This document shows, in pieces, positions 9,803 through 20,286 of a stretch of 64,000 bases of DNA (position 1 is its first letter; every line of letters starts with the position of its first letter). The notes below the pieces were generated by a model that was not told where the DNA came from, did not search any database, and saw only the letters and a list, made by a program, of their open reading frames with translations. The DNA comes from Planctomycetota bacterium (GTDB lineage Bacteria > Planctomycetota > Phycisphaerae > UBA1845 > UTPLA1): assembly GCA_015654675.1 (NCBI GenBank), contig JAATGM010000055.1:78305-142304 (forward strand), in the 5' to 3' direction. The position numbers and the translations under genes were made by a program.

Positions 9803-10666
9803 GTGCCGCGTCTCGCCGTTAGATTGGAACAGGAAACCGTGGGGACGGACGTTCGAGGGATTGCGCGGGCCGGGCGGAAGACGAAGACCGCCCTGATCGC
9901 ACCCTCCAAGAACACCTGGCAACGGTACGAGGTGAAGTACCTCATCGACGACGTCCTTGCTCTGCGTCTGCGCCGATACTGCCAGCGTCGAATGGAATTC
10001 GATCCTTATTCGGCGAATCGTCCCAACTTCGAATATCCGATTCATTCCTACTATTTCGATACGCCGGGCGAGGACATTCTGCGGAGTGTGCTCGAACAGC
10101 ACATCGACCGGCTGAAGCTTCGCGTTCGCACTTATCGCACCATGACGGCGAAGGCGGACGGCTTGCCGGCGTATTTCGAGATCAAACGGAAAATCATGGG
10201 CATCGTGCACAAGAAGCGAGTTCAGGTGCCGCGCGAGGATACGGACCGGTTGCTTTGGAAGGACGGCTGGGCCTGGTCGGATTCGTCCGGGTCGGCGAGC
10301 GTGCAGGCAAGCGATCTGGAGGCATTCCTTCGGCTGCGCTGTCAGATGGAAGCCAAGCCGGTCATCGGAGTTTTCTACACGCGCGAGGCGTACGAGAGCC
10401 CGAACGACGGAGTGCGGATCAGCTTTGACCGGAATCTGCACTACGGACTATTCGAGAAACGCGATTCGAAAGTTCGCGAGATGTGGTGGCCGGTACCGAT
10501 CCGCGGAGTGATTTTTGAGATCAAGTTCAAGAACACCTATCCGTCGTGGATTCGCGAGGTCGTGGGAAATTGCGATCTGATGCGTGAGGGTGTCTGCAAG
10601 TTTCTGATGTGCACGCAGGCGTCGCGTGGAATCGATCCGAATCGCCAGGCGACAAGAATGTCATGA
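9803..10666 (+). CDS. VTC-domain protein (CYTH-like triphosphate-tunnel / polyphosphate-polymerase domain)
   Basis: Tunnel-strand motifs YEVKYLI and YFEIKRKIMG plus alternating charged beta-strands typical of VTC/CYTH. The start is uncertain. GTG at 9838 is preceded by AGGAAA. The stop overlaps the next start (ATGA). Confidence 0.6.
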   Translation: MPRLAVRLEQETVGTDVRGIARAGRKTKTALIAPSKNTWQRYEVKYLIDDVLALRLRRYCQRRMEFDPYSANRPNFEYPIHSYYFDTPGEDILRSVLEQHIDRLKLRVRTYRTMTAKADGLPAYFEIKRKIMGIVHKKRVQVPREDTDRLLWKDGWAWSDSSGSASVQASDLEAFLRLRCQMEAKPVIGVFYTREAYESPNDGVRISFDRNLHYGLFEKRDSKVREMWWPVPIRGVIFEIKFKNTYPSWIREVVGNCDLMREGVCKFLMCTQASRGIDPNRQATRMS

Positions 10667-11301
10667 ACTGGATCAGCGACTTTTTTCCGACGATCGGCGG
10701 GACATCGCAGGTATCGCCTGAGATGGTGCTGCTGGCGCTGATCGTGGCGTTCATCATCGGGCAGTTCAACGCCTGGTGCTACAAGTGGACGCACCGGGGG
10801 ATTTCATATTCGCGGACGTTTACGCAGGCGCTCATTCTGATCAGTATGGCGGGCGCCCTTTCGATGTCGCTGATCATGACCAACCTGCTGGCGGCGTTCG
10901 GCCTGCTGGGCGGGCTGGCGATCATTCGATTTCGAACCATCGTGCGCGACGCGCGGGACAACGTGTATGTCCTGTTGAGTCTGATCTGCGGCATGGCGGC
11001 CGGCCTGGGCTTTCCGGTTGTGGCGGTCATTGGTTCGATCACGACCAATCTGGTTTCACTTTACATGTATCACACCGGGTTCGGCGCCTGGCGCAGTATT
11101 GAGAGTCTGCTGCGATTCCAACTGGTTGGCGACCCGGGACCGGACGCGGAAGTCGATGCGATCCTGCGGCGATTCTGCCGACGGCACAAGATTGTTTCGG
11201 TGGATGAGTCGGCCGGCGGCGATCCGGACGAGGCAAGCATTTTTCAATGCGTTTACAAGATTCGCCTGCGCGATCCACGCACGGCGGAAGAGATGGTGTA
11301 G
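10663..11301 (+). CDS. DUF4956-family membrane protein
   Basis: About 210 aa with four TM helices and a C-terminal soluble domain. It sits in the canonical neighbourhood with a VTC-domain gene. The ATG overlaps the VTC stop by 4 nt. TAG stop. Confidence 0.6.
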   Translation: MNWISDFFPTIGGTSQVSPEMVLLALIVAFIIGQFNAWCYKWTHRGISYSRTFTQALILISMAGALSMSLIMTNLLAAFGLLGGLAIIRFRTIVRDARDNVYVLLSLICGMAAGLGFPVVAVIGSITTNLVSLYMYHTGFGAWRSIESLLRFQLVGDPGPDAEVDAILRRFCRRHKIVSVDESAGGDPDEASIFQCVYKIRLRDPRTAEEMV

Positions 11302-11377
11302 ATGCTGCGGGGGGCGGAGCCGGTGAGAGCGGTTCACCTGCTGGTGGATCAAGAGAACGAGGAAGTCGCATAGATCG

Positions 11378-12544
11378 ATGGCACACGAAGCAGCTAACAA
11401 ATTTGCGGGGGGACGTCGTCGCAGTTCGCGGGTTCGACGGATCGTGCGCAGCGCGGGTCCGATTGTGGTCTGGGTCGTGGCGATCGCGGCGGCGCTGGGG
11501 CTGGCGAAGCGGATCAGTCATACCGGGCCGATGACGGGCTACGCCGAGGACCGGACGGTCACGCTGGTCAATCTTGCATCGGGTCTGGTGCGCGATGTGC
11601 GACCGCGGCTGCATGAGGAAGTTCAGGAAGGCGAGATCGTCGCCCGGCTGGATGATACGGCGGACGCACTGCACCTGAAGACGCTCGAGGTGGACGTCAA
11701 ACGGCTGCAGAGCGAAGTCGAGGCGGAGTCGGCCAAGCTGGCCATGGACGCGGCGCGCGAAGACACGAGCGAGCGCGATCTGGCCAGGCGGTTCATGGTG
11801 GACCGTGAATCTGCCCATATACAGTATCTCACTCAATTGCTGACGGACGCGAACGATCGGGCGCTTTTGAATGGCGCGGTGTTCGAGTTCGAGATTGTCC
11901 GCGACCTGATGGACAAGAAGACGGCGAGCGCCCGCGAATTGAATCGGGTGCGCACGGACGTCGATGCATTGCGGGCGCGGATTGACGAGAACAAGGCGAC
12001 GATCGCGCGGATGAAGCTGGCGTTCGACGACGCCGACCGGCGCTGGCACAACTACGAGAAGCAAAAGCGCGAGCCGGTGGACTATTCGCCGGTGCTGACG
12101 GCGGCGCGACTGGCGGCCGACGTTCGCGAGCGCGAGATCGCCGAGGTTGTGCATCGGATCGACGAGCATGTCGTGCGGGCCCCAATCCGCGGACAGGTGA
12201 CGGCGTTGTATGCTGATGCGGGCGACTCGGTGATCGCGGGCGGTCCGCTGATGGCGATTTCGCCGACGCTGACGAGCCGGGTGATCGCCTACTTGCCGGA
12301 GAGCGGCGTGGCGTCGGTGCGGATCGGCGAGCGCGTGCGAGTGTTGCCGGTGGCGTCGGCGACGGGTCGGCCGCGATATTACCCTGGCATGGTCGTGAGC
12401 ATGGCGGACGTCGTGGCGGAGGCGCCGGCGCGCTATCGGCGGGCACCGCAGTGGCCGTTGTGGGGGCGGGCCGTGGTCGTGCTGTTGGATTCGGGGGCGG
12501 GACTCATGCCGGGCGAGGCGGTCACGCTGGGTCCCGAGAACTAA
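11378..12544 (+). CDS. HlyD-family membrane-fusion / secretion protein
   Basis: N-terminal TM anchor, long coiled coil, and C-terminal beta-barrel/lipoyl-like segments (VRAPIRGQVTALYADAGDSVIAGGPLMAI). Confidence 0.65.
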   Translation: MAHEAANKFAGGRRRSSRVRRIVRSAGPIVVWVVAIAAALGLAKRISHTGPMTGYAEDRTVTLVNLASGLVRDVRPRLHEEVQEGEIVARLDDTADALHLKTLEVDVKRLQSEVEAESAKLAMDAAREDTSERDLARRFMVDRESAHIQYLTQLLTDANDRALLNGAVFEFEIVRDLMDKKTASARELNRVRTDVDALRARIDENKATIARMKLAFDDADRRWHNYEKQKREPVDYSPVLTAARLAADVREREIAEVVHRIDEHVVRAPIRGQVTALYADAGDSVIAGGPLMAISPTLTSRVIAYLPESGVASVRIGERVRVLPVASATGRPRYYPGMVVSMADVVAEAPARYRRAPQWPLWGRAVVVLLDSGAGLMPGEAVTLGPEN

Positions 12545-12581
12545 TCAGCCAGTGTTCAAGTCGGATTTTCGCTGGCAATCA

Positions 12582-13838
12582 TCAAGCATCGGGGGGTTTC
12601 AGTTGGGCTGGATCGAGGTGTAGCGCGCGCAATTTCGGGGCGAGCGCGGCGGTCGATGCGACCACGACGAGCGTTGCTATTCCACCCATCCAGACGGAGC
12701 GGACAGTTCCGAGCAGACTGGCGGCGAAGCCACTTTCGAACGCGCCGAGTTCGTTGGATGAACCAATGAAGATCGAACTTACGGCTGAGATGCGGCCGCG
12801 CATGTGCTCGGGGGACATGAGGCGGATGATGGCGCGACGGATGACGACACTGACGCCGTCGAACGCGCCGGCGGCGGCCAGGGCGGCCAGCGACAGAGCG
12901 AAACTGGTCGAGAAGGCGAAGACGATCATGGCGACGCCGAAGCCGGCGACGCAGAGCAGGAGGTTGCGCCCGGCGTTGCGAACCGGGGGGCGGCGGGTGG
13001 ACCAGAGGGTGACGAGCAGCGCGCCGGCGGACGGGGCGGCGTTGAGGAAGCCGAGGCCGCGCGGACCGACGTGCAGGATGTCGGTGGCGAATACCGGCAA
13101 GATGGCGATCGCGCCGCCGAAGAGAACGGCGAAGAGATCGAGCGACATGGAGCCGACGAGGATCTGGTTGGTTACGACGTAGCGGATTCCGAAGGCGATG
13201 CTTTCCCAGACCGACTCGCCTTCGGGCGGAGTGGGGCGGGGCTTGGGGGCGATGAAGAAGACGCATGCGAGCGCGGCGGCGAAGAGGCAGGCGATGAGCA
13301 GATAGGTGCGCGGGACGCCGAGTGCGCCGTATGAGAAGCCGGCGAGTGCGGGGCCGGCGATGGCGCAGGCCATCCAGGCGCTGCTGAGCCAGGCGGAGGC
13401 GGGGACGTATAGCTCGCGCGGGACGACCTGGGCCTCGAAGGCGGCAGCGGCGGGATCGGCAAAGCCGCGTGCGACGCCGGCCATGAAGATGACGGCGTAC
13501 AGAAGAGGTAGGCCGCGGGCGTGGGGATCGAGCGAGATTGCCGCGAATAGAAAAGCGCACGCGACCGAGACGAACTGGGTGATGAGGACAATGCGGCGGC
13601 GGTCTTTGCGGTCGGCGACGTGACCGCCGAAAAGGGCGAGCGAGAGGGCGGGGACGGCCTCGACTAGGCCGAGCATGCCGAGGGCCTTTGTGCTGTGGGT
13701 GATTTCCCAGATCTGGAAGCCGATGACGACGGCGAGCGCGCGCGCGGCGAGCGTCGAAAACGAGACGGCCGCGAGCAGCAGCCGAAACTCGGTCAGTTGA
13801 AGGACAGGATGCGCCGGGGGTCGTTCGGTTTTATTCAC
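12582..13838 (-). CDS. MFS transporter (EntS/MFS_3-like)
   Basis: 12-TM organisation and an [15 protein letters not shown]-motif. The track ORF runs to 13910 and would overlap the next gene by 59 nt. A later GTG near 13838 is more plausible, but the start is uncertain. Confidence 0.65.
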   Translation of the reverse strand: MNKTERPPAHPVLQLTEFRLLLAAVSFSTLAARALAVVIGFQIWEITHSTKALGMLGLVEAVPALSLALFGGHVADRKDRRRIVLITQFVSVACAFLFAAISLDPHARGLPLLYAVIFMAGVARGFADPAAAAFEAQVVPRELYVPASAWLSSAWMACAIAGPALAGFSYGALGVPRTYLLIACLFAAALACVFFIAPKPRPTPPEGESVWESIAFGIRYVVTNQILVGSMSLDLFAVLFGGAIAILPVFATDILHVGPRGLGFLNAAPSAGALLVTLWSTRRPPVRNAGRNLLLCVAGFGVAMIVFAFSTSFALSLAALAAAGAFDGVSVVIRRAIIRLMSPEHMRGRISAVSSIFIGSSNELGAFESGFAASLLGTVRSVWMGGIATLVVVASTAALAPKLRALHLDPAQLKPPDA

Positions 13839-13851
13839 GCGGACGCGGCCG

Positions 13852-15564
13852 TCAGAATTCCGACTCGGGCCGGACGCTCTCCTTCTTGTCGGGGAGTTCG
13901 GGAGAGACAAGCGGTCGCTCGAGAATAAACGTGGCCGGGAGAGCGCCGCGCTTGTTCAGGTCGTACAGGATGCGGACGACCTCGGAATAGTCGAGCCCGA
14001 GTCCGCGGACCTTGCCGTCGGACGTTGGGCGGGCGTCGTCTCCGAGGAAATGGATGAACTCGGGCAGCGAAAGACTGCAGGACAAGACTGGGGAGGTGGC
14101 CTTGGTTCGCAGATTCGAGCGGACGACGCGGAGCTGACTGTCGTCGCTGTCGGCCGCGATGGTGATTTCGTCGTCGTGAAAGTTGACCGGCGTGCGAAGT
14201 TTCGCGGTGCGGCCGATGAGGGCGATGCGTTCTTCCTCGGTGGTGGAAACGTGAATGAGCGGCGGGCCGTCGCATTCGAGCAGGTCGAGGACGAAATTGG
14301 AGGAGCCGACGCGCGTAGGATGGACGACCGGGTTGCGCTGAAAGAGGAGCCCTTTGTAGGCGGCGATGCGAATGCGATTGTCCGAGTCGGCGGCGAGTTT
14401 GATGAGGGCGTCGGAGCCGGCGGCGGTGCGCTGGGCTGCGCCGAGTTCGTCGGTGGCGACAAGGCGGAACGGGTCTTTGAAAGTTGAGGCGTGGCGGGCG
14501 ATGACGGCGACGGCGTCGGTATCGCCGAGGCGAAGGCCGGCGCGGGATGCGTAGTAGCTGGTGGCGACGGTGGCATGGGAATAGAGCGGACGGATGACGG
14601 GGACGACCGTTCGACCGATGGCTTCCCAGGCGAGCGAAATATCTTCATAGGGGGCGGATGGATGGACGATTTCGCCGACGAGCTCGGTGGCGCGACGGTT
14701 CACGATGGCGGCGCTTCCGTTGATGGTGGTGTGAAGCACGAGGTCGAGGAATCGCTTTTCGCGGAAGCGGTATTCCTCGGGGATGGTGAGCTGGATGACG
14801 TCGGGTGAGGTGGCGTCGGCGACGGTGCCGGAAGCGCCGTAGCGGCTGTTAAGCCGGTCGCGAATGCGCGAGGCGACGCTGTAGGCGGGCGTACTGAGGG
14901 TCAGGCGGACGCGGCGCGATTCCTTGAGCTTTCCACCGCCGAGGATGCGCCCGTTGCGCTGCTGCTCGGACTCCTTCGCTTCCTTGGTAAATGGGGAGAT
15001 GAAGATCGAGCCGGAGGCGGTGGCCAGTGCTTTTCCTTCGATGATGCCCTGGGCGGTATTGGCGAGGAGCTTGAGATCGGTTTCGAGGAGTGTTCCGCCG
15101 CGGAGGGACGTGGCCTGGCTTCCGAGGGCGCGGACGGCGAGGTCGAAATGATTTCCGGCCTGCGCGGCGGCCGGGATTTCTCCGGTGATGACAACGACGG
15201 CGGAGTTCTTGGTGTCGAGCAACTCCTTGGCCGGGACACCGACGCGGCGGCGGAGGATTTCCTGCTGGAGGTATTTGCGGATGTCGTCGGGACAGTCGGT
15301 GCCGCCGGTGCCGATGAGGCCGACGACGATGCCGTAGCCGCGGACGACGGTGAAGCGCATGCCGTCGAGGAAGGCGACGGACTGGACGGTGTCCTGCACG
15401 GCGAGACTGGAGGCGAGAGCGGGCGGGGGCGGAGGGGCCTTTTCGTCTTCGACGTCTTTCTTGAAGGCGCTATCCCACGCACCCTTGAAGTCGAATTCTG
15501 AGCAGCCGGTGACGGCGAACAGAACGGCGAGCGCGACTGGGGCGGCGAGGGAACGGCGTTGCAT
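13852..15564 (-). CDS. FlgI (flagellar P-ring)-like domain lipoprotein with ~200-aa C-terminal extension
   Basis: Lipobox [26 protein letters not shown] and [46 protein letters not shown] align with the FlgI core (GYGLVVGLDGTGD ... KSLRGGTLL, recalled from memory). Confidence 0.55.
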   Translation of the reverse strand: MQRRSLAAPVALAVLFAVTGCSEFDFKGAWDSAFKKDVEDEKAPPPPPALASSLAVQDTVQSVAFLDGMRFTVVRGYGIVVGLIGTGGTDCPDDIRKYLQQEILRRRVGVPAKELLDTKNSAVVVITGEIPAAAQAGNHFDLAVRALGSQATSLRGGTLLETDLKLLANTAQGIIEGKALATASGSIFISPFTKEAKESEQQRNGRILGGGKLKESRRVRLTLSTPAYSVASRIRDRLNSRYGASGTVADATSPDVIQLTIPEEYRFREKRFLDLVLHTTINGSAAIVNRRATELVGEIVHPSAPYEDISLAWEAIGRTVVPVIRPLYSHATVATSYYASRAGLRLGDTDAVAVIARHASTFKDPFRLVATDELGAAQRTAAGSDALIKLAADSDNRIRIAAYKGLLFQRNPVVHPTRVGSSNFVLDLLECDGPPLIHVSTTEEERIALIGRTAKLRTPVNFHDDEITIAADSDDSQLRVVRSNLRTKATSPVLSCSLSLPEFIHFLGDDARPTSDGKVRGLGLDYSEVVRILYDLNKRGALPATFILERPLVSPELPDKKESVRPESEF

Positions 15565-15600
15565 GGTGGGTTCTCTGGGGTTCAATCGGCGGGCGAGGCG

Positions 15601-17340
15601 TCAGGGTTTGAATCGGGCTGCGATCGGCATTCGCCGGCCGGAGCCGAAGGCCCGGGAGGTCACTTTGAGTCCGAGGGCGGCCTGCTTCCGCTTGTATTCG
15701 TTCAAATCTACCTTGCGGGCCACGTCTCGCACAACCCCGGCGTCGAAACCCGCGGCGATGATTTCATCGGCGGATTGGAGGTCTTCGACGTAGCGTTTGA
15801 GGATGGTGTCGAGGGTGTCGTAGGGGGGCAGGGAGTCCTGATCAGTCTGATTGGGGCGGAGTTCGGCCGAGGGGGCCTTGTCGATGCTGCTTTGCGGGAT
15901 GAGCGGGCGGCCGGCACGCTGGTTTACGAGGCGCGAAAGCTCGTAGATGGTGGTCTTGGGGACGTCGCTGATGACGGCGAGACCACCGCACATGTCGCCG
16001 TAGAGGGTGCAGTAGCCGACGGCGAGTTCGCTCTTGTTGCCGGTGGTAAGGAGGAGCCAGCCGAACTTGTTGGAGAAGGCCATGAGGAGATTGCCGCGGA
16101 TGCGGGCCTGGAGGTTTTCTTCGGTGATGTCGGGTTCGCGACCTTTGAAGGCGTCGGAGAGGGTGGATTCGATCGCGGTGTGGGCGCCGTCGATCGGGAG
16201 GATGCGGAAGTCAATGCCGAGGTTTTCGGCGAGCTGCCGGGCGTCGTTAATGCTGTGGTCGCTGCTGAAGCGCGAGGGCATCGCGACGCCGTGAACAGCT
16301 TCCTTCCCGAGGGCATCGACGGCGATGACGGCGGTGAGGGCGGAGTCGATACCGCCCGAAAGTCCGAGGACGACGCCTTTGAAGCCGCACTTGCGGACGT
16401 AATCGCGTGTTCCAAGGATGAGGGCGGCGTAGATGGATTCAAGGCGGTCGGGGTACTTTTCGATGCGCGCGGCTGGGGCGTTGGGGCCGAGGTCGGCGAG
16501 GAGCAGGTCTTCTTCAAAGGCCTTGGCACGAGCGACGAGGCGATTCTGGGGGAGGAAGACGGCGCTGGCTCCGTCAAAGATGAGGTCGTCGTTGCCGCCA
16601 ACCTGGTTGACGCAGACGATCGGAATGCTGTGGCGCGTGGAGTGAGCGAAGAAGAGTTCGCGGCGGTAGTCGTCTTTTCCGGCTGAGTAGGGCGAGGCGC
16701 TGAGGTTGACGATGATCTTCGCGCCGGCGCGGGCGAGGTCGGCGGCGGGGTTGCGCGGGTAGCGGCGGTGCGAGACGATTTGCTCCTGATTCCAGAGATC
16801 TTCGCAGATGCTGATGCCGACGGGCCATTCGCGGCCGAAGGCGTCGGCGAGGTTGAGCACGTCGCAGCGGTCGCCGGGCTCGAAGTAGCGGTCTTCGTCG
16901 AAGACGTCGTAGGTGGGGAGCAGGCACTTGTGATAGCGGCCGATGACGTCGCCGTCGCGGCAGATGGCGGCGGCGTTGTAGAGCGGTCGGCCGGTTTCGC
17001 GGCCGGTCGGCTCGGCGAAGCCGACAACCGCGGTGATTCCGTGGCATGCGGCGGCGACGCGATGGACGGCTTTGACATTTTCCTCGACGAGCTTGGTCTT
17101 GAGGAGCAGATCCTTCGGCGGATAGCCGAAGAGCGCGAGCTCTGGAAATACAGCGAGGTCGACTTTTTGGGCCGCGGCGCGGCGCAGGGCATCCAGTACC
17201 TTGTCGGTGTTGCCGACGATGTCACCCACGACGGGATTTAACTGGGCGAGCGCAATACGAATGGCAGTGCCCTTTCCGATCCCGAAAGCCCCTTCCCTCG
17301 AATCGATGCTGCCGGCTTCATATCTGAAACTCCGCTCCAT
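15601..17340 (-). CDS. nadE: glutamine-dependent NAD+ synthetase (N-terminal nitrilase/CN-hydrolase domain + NAD synthase domain)
   Basis: The CN-hydrolase domain has FPELALFGYPP and a catalytic Cys in ISICEDLW. The NAD-synthetase domain has the P-loop VVLGLSGGIDSAL. ATG at 17340. Confidence 0.85.
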   Translation of the reverse strand: MERSFRYEAGSIDSREGAFGIGKGTAIRIALAQLNPVVGDIVGNTDKVLDALRRAAAQKVDLAVFPELALFGYPPKDLLLKTKLVEENVKAVHRVAAACHGITAVVGFAEPTGRETGRPLYNAAAICRDGDVIGRYHKCLLPTYDVFDEDRYFEPGDRCDVLNLADAFGREWPVGISICEDLWNQEQIVSHRRYPRNPAADLARAGAKIIVNLSASPYSAGKDDYRRELFFAHSTRHSIPIVCVNQVGGNDDLIFDGASAVFLPQNRLVARAKAFEEDLLLADLGPNAPAARIEKYPDRLESIYAALILGTRDYVRKCGFKGVVLGLSGGIDSALTAVIAVDALGKEAVHGVAMPSRFSSDHSINDARQLAENLGIDFRILPIDGAHTAIESTLSDAFKGREPDITEENLQARIRGNLLMAFSNKFGWLLLTTGNKSELAVGYCTLYGDMCGGLAVISDVPKTTIYELSRLVNQRAGRPLIPQSSIDKAPSAELRPNQTDQDSLPPYDTLDTILKRYVEDLQSADEIIAAGFDAGVVRDVARKVDLNEYKRKQAALGLKVTSRAFGSGRRMPIAARFKP

Positions 17341-18298
17341 CGGCGGACGTGCGCGGTGCTCGGCCCTTACGGACCTTCAGCTCGGGCGGGCTGCTGCTGA
17401 CCGTGCAGCCCGGCGGGACGCTGGAGGTGAGGAATGTTGAGCCGCCGATGGTGGAGCCCTCGCCGAGCACCGTGTCGCCGCCGAGGATGATGGCGTTGGC
17501 ATAGATGGTGACGTTGTCGCGGACGGTGGGGTGGCGCTTGTAGCCCTTTACCATCCGGCCGCGTTCGTCCTTCAGGAATGATAGGGCGCCGAGCGTGACG
17601 CCCTGATAGACCTTTACGTTGTCGCCGATTTCCGTGGTTTCGCCGATGACGACGCCCGAGCCGTGATCGATGAAGAAGCTCTTGCCGATGCGGGCGCCGG
17701 GGTGGATGTCGATGCCGGTCACGTGATGGGCCCACTCGGTCATCATGCGTGGGAGCAGCGGGATGTCGAGATTCCACAGCTCGTGGGCGAAGCGATAGAC
17801 GGTGACGGCCAGGAGGCCGGGATAGGACATGATGATTTCGTCGCAGTTTGTGGCGGCGGGGTCGCCGTCATAAGCGGCCTGGACGTCGAGGCCGAGCATG
17901 GCGCGGACGTCGGGGGTACGTTCGAGGAACTGGATGGTGACCTCGCGAGCGCGGGTATCGAGGGGGCGGGCCTGCTCTGAGTCTCCGAGCGGGTCGTAGC
18001 GGCCCTCGGTTTCGTTGCGGTAGCACAGGGCGCGGAAAATCTGGAGGTAGAGCTTCTGGGCGAGGCGCGGCAGGAGCTCTCCGATGTGAAACTGGAGATT
18101 GGCGTGTGAGAGGTTCTGCCGTCCGAAGTAGCCGGGATAGGCGACTTCGAGAAGCAGGTGGATGAGCTCGACGGAGTCGGCGGTGGCCGGGAGGTATCCG
18201 CGGCCGATGTGGCGCGTGCGCGGGTCGGCGTCGTAGCTTTGGCAGAGGGCCGAGGTGAGACGCGGGAGATGGGGGTCGAGGTCGAATTCACCCAGCAT
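17318..18298 (-). CDS. cysE: serine O-acetyltransferase
   Basis: SAT N-terminal helical domain plus hexapeptide left-handed beta-helix (GARIGKSFFIDHGSGVVIGETTEIGDNVKVYQGVTLG). The 3' end overlaps nadE by 23 nt. Confidence 0.8.
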   Translation of the reverse strand: MLGEFDLDPHLPRLTSALCQSYDADPRTRHIGRGYLPATADSVELIHLLLEVAYPGYFGRQNLSHANLQFHIGELLPRLAQKLYLQIFRALCYRNETEGRYDPLGDSEQARPLDTRAREVTIQFLERTPDVRAMLGLDVQAAYDGDPAATNCDEIIMSYPGLLAVTVYRFAHELWNLDIPLLPRMMTEWAHHVTGIDIHPGARIGKSFFIDHGSGVVIGETTEIGDNVKVYQGVTLGALSFLKDERGRMVKGYKRHPTVRDNVTIYANAIILGGDTVLGEGSTIGGSTFLTSSVPPGCTVSSSPPELKVRKGRAPRTSADGAEFQI

Positions 18299-18481
18299 GC
18301 AGTAGCGACTCCGAGTTGAAAAAGGGCCGCCCGGCCCATTGTTGCGGGCTTGGGCTTTCGCGGTAAGTATAGCTTACTAAACGTATTGCGATAACCAGCG
18401 GACGTTTGTTGCGAATGGCCGAATGTCCGCGTAAACTGGCCGCCTATCGAAACGTGGCGGTAAAGGCGCGGTATCGGGCTG

Positions 18482-20215
18482 TTGCGCGGTGACCGGCCGC
18501 CACTGGCGTGGCGAGATCATTTAGACGTGCATCGATCCTACCTTGACGGGAATGGGAACTACGCCGGCGGGGCGTATTCGAGTCCGTGGGCAGAGCGGCG
18601 GTTTCGCCGTGTCCTGATTATCGGGCTGGATGGGGCGACCTTCGACGTTTTGAATCCGATGATGGAGCGCGGGTTGATGCCCAACCTGCGAATCCTGATC
18701 GGAGACGGGACGGCTGGTCCGCTGGAGTCGACCAAGCCGCCTATTACGCCCGCCGCCTGGACGACCTTCATGACCGGCAAGGGGCCCGGCCGGCATGGGA
18801 TCGTTGATTTCCTTCGCTATGATCCGGCGGCTGATCGGCTGTCGTTCAACAACCACATTGAGATTCGCGAGAAGACGATCTGGGAGATCCTGTCGGACAA
18901 GGGTCTGCGGGTGGGATCGATCAATGTTCCGATGACCTATCCGCCGCGGCCGGTGAATGGGTTCATGATCAGCGGGTTTGATACACCGAGCGTTGATCTG
19001 GATTTCACTTATCCGCGCGATCTCAAGAACGAGATTCTGTCGCGATGGCCGGACTACACACACGAGAAGAAATGGGAGCGGCGTCCGCTGGGTGGCGATG
19101 CGCTGTTCCGCGAGAACCTGGAATACATCTGTCAGAGCTTTGATCGGGGCGTCGAGTTGGCGCGGTTCTGCGGGGATCGCTACGGCTGGGACGTGATGAT
19201 GGTGCTGTTCAAGCTGGTGGACAATCTCCAGCACAAGACGTGGCGCTATCTCGATCCGCGGACGGCGAAGAAGTATCCGCGGCGGGCGGAGTGGACGGCG
19301 CAGTGCTTCGCGCGGCTGGATGTGGCGATCGGTCGGCTGGCTGAACTGGCGAACGAGAAAGATGCGACGATCTTCGTCATGTCGGATCACGGGCATGGCA
19401 GCTTAGAGGGCAAGGCGCAGCCCAATTTGCTTTTGAAGCAGTGGGGCTACCTGTCGCTGCGAAATCAGTCAGCGCGGTTCAAGACGCGCGCCTCGCAGAT
19501 GGCGGCGCGGCTGCTCGGGCGGAAGAATGGATTTGGATCGGCTGTCAGCCATGCGGTCGACAATGAACTGGCGGTCGAATGGGACCGCACGCGGGCGTGT
19601 GTTCTGCATGCCGGCATTTACGGATTCCTGTATTTGAATCTGCGCGGGCGGCAGGCGCGCGGCATTGTTGAGCCGGCGGACTTTGAGCCGCTGCGCGACG
19701 AGATTCGCGAGTGTCTGCTGGCGGCGAAGGCGCGGGATTCGTCCGGGCGCGAGATTGCGATATTCCCCGAGGTGCATCGCAGCGAGGAGCTTTATGGCTG
19801 CTCGCGCGAAGAGCATCCGTGGCTGCCGGACCTTCTGCTGGTGCCGGCGCCGGGGCTGGCGGTGGTGAAGAAGATTCGCGGGCTTTCGCCGGTGCGGTGG
19901 CTGCCGCTGCGGCGGATGGAAGGCACGCACCGCGTGGACGGGATTTTCGTCGCGACCGGGCAGGGTGTTCGCGGGGCGCGGACGATTCGGGCCGGGATCG
20001 CCGACGTGACGCCGACCATTCTGGCGGGATTGGGGTTACCAGTGCCGGCCGACATGGAAGGGCGGGTCATTCATGACCTGTTCGATCCGCCGGTTACGGT
20101 GGAATATGAACCGCCGCGGCCGCGCGAGGTCGACGAGGCGGAGAAGCCGGTGCTGACGGCGGCGCAGCAGGAAGTGCTGACGAGCCGGCTGAACGATCTG
20201 GGTTATCTCGAGTAA
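18482..20215 (+). CDS. alkaline-phosphatase-superfamily protein (type I phosphodiesterase / nucleotide pyrophosphatase-like)
   Basis: VLIIGLDGATFDVL metal-binding N-motif, TKPPITPAAWTTFMTG nucleophile region, VMSDHGHG. The start is uncertain: the TTG at 18482 is the first in-frame start, and the real start may be nearer RRFRRVLIIG. Confidence 0.6.
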   Translation: MRGDRPPLAWRDHLDVHRSYLDGNGNYAGGAYSSPWAERRFRRVLIIGLDGATFDVLNPMMERGLMPNLRILIGDGTAGPLESTKPPITPAAWTTFMTGKGPGRHGIVDFLRYDPAADRLSFNNHIEIREKTIWEILSDKGLRVGSINVPMTYPPRPVNGFMISGFDTPSVDLDFTYPRDLKNEILSRWPDYTHEKKWERRPLGGDALFRENLEYICQSFDRGVELARFCGDRYGWDVMMVLFKLVDNLQHKTWRYLDPRTAKKYPRRAEWTAQCFARLDVAIGRLAELANEKDATIFVMSDHGHGSLEGKAQPNLLLKQWGYLSLRNQSARFKTRASQMAARLLGRKNGFGSAVSHAVDNELAVEWDRTRACVLHAGIYGFLYLNLRGRQARGIVEPADFEPLRDEIRECLLAAKARDSSGREIAIFPEVHRSEELYGCSREEHPWLPDLLLVPAPGLAVVKKIRGLSPVRWLPLRRMEGTHRVDGIFVATGQGVRGARTIRAGIADVTPTILAGLGLPVPADMEGRVIHDLFDPPVTVEYEPPRPREVDEAEKPVLTAAQQEVLTSRLNDLGYLE

Positions 20216-20286
20216 CAATTCCGGTCCGTTGGTTTTGCAAGGGCGGCGAGGGAACTCGCGGTTCGCGGCGGACGTTTCACTTTATC

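Noticed and set aside
15601-18298. Start-codon overlaps (cysE 3' end overlapping the nadE ATG by 23 nt; MFS track ORF overlapping the FlgI-like gene by 59 nt) considered as possible frameshifts or misassemblies
   Set aside because: Short overlaps are common in compact operons. The MFS overlap disappears with a later GTG start. No frame discontinuity is visible inside any of these genes.
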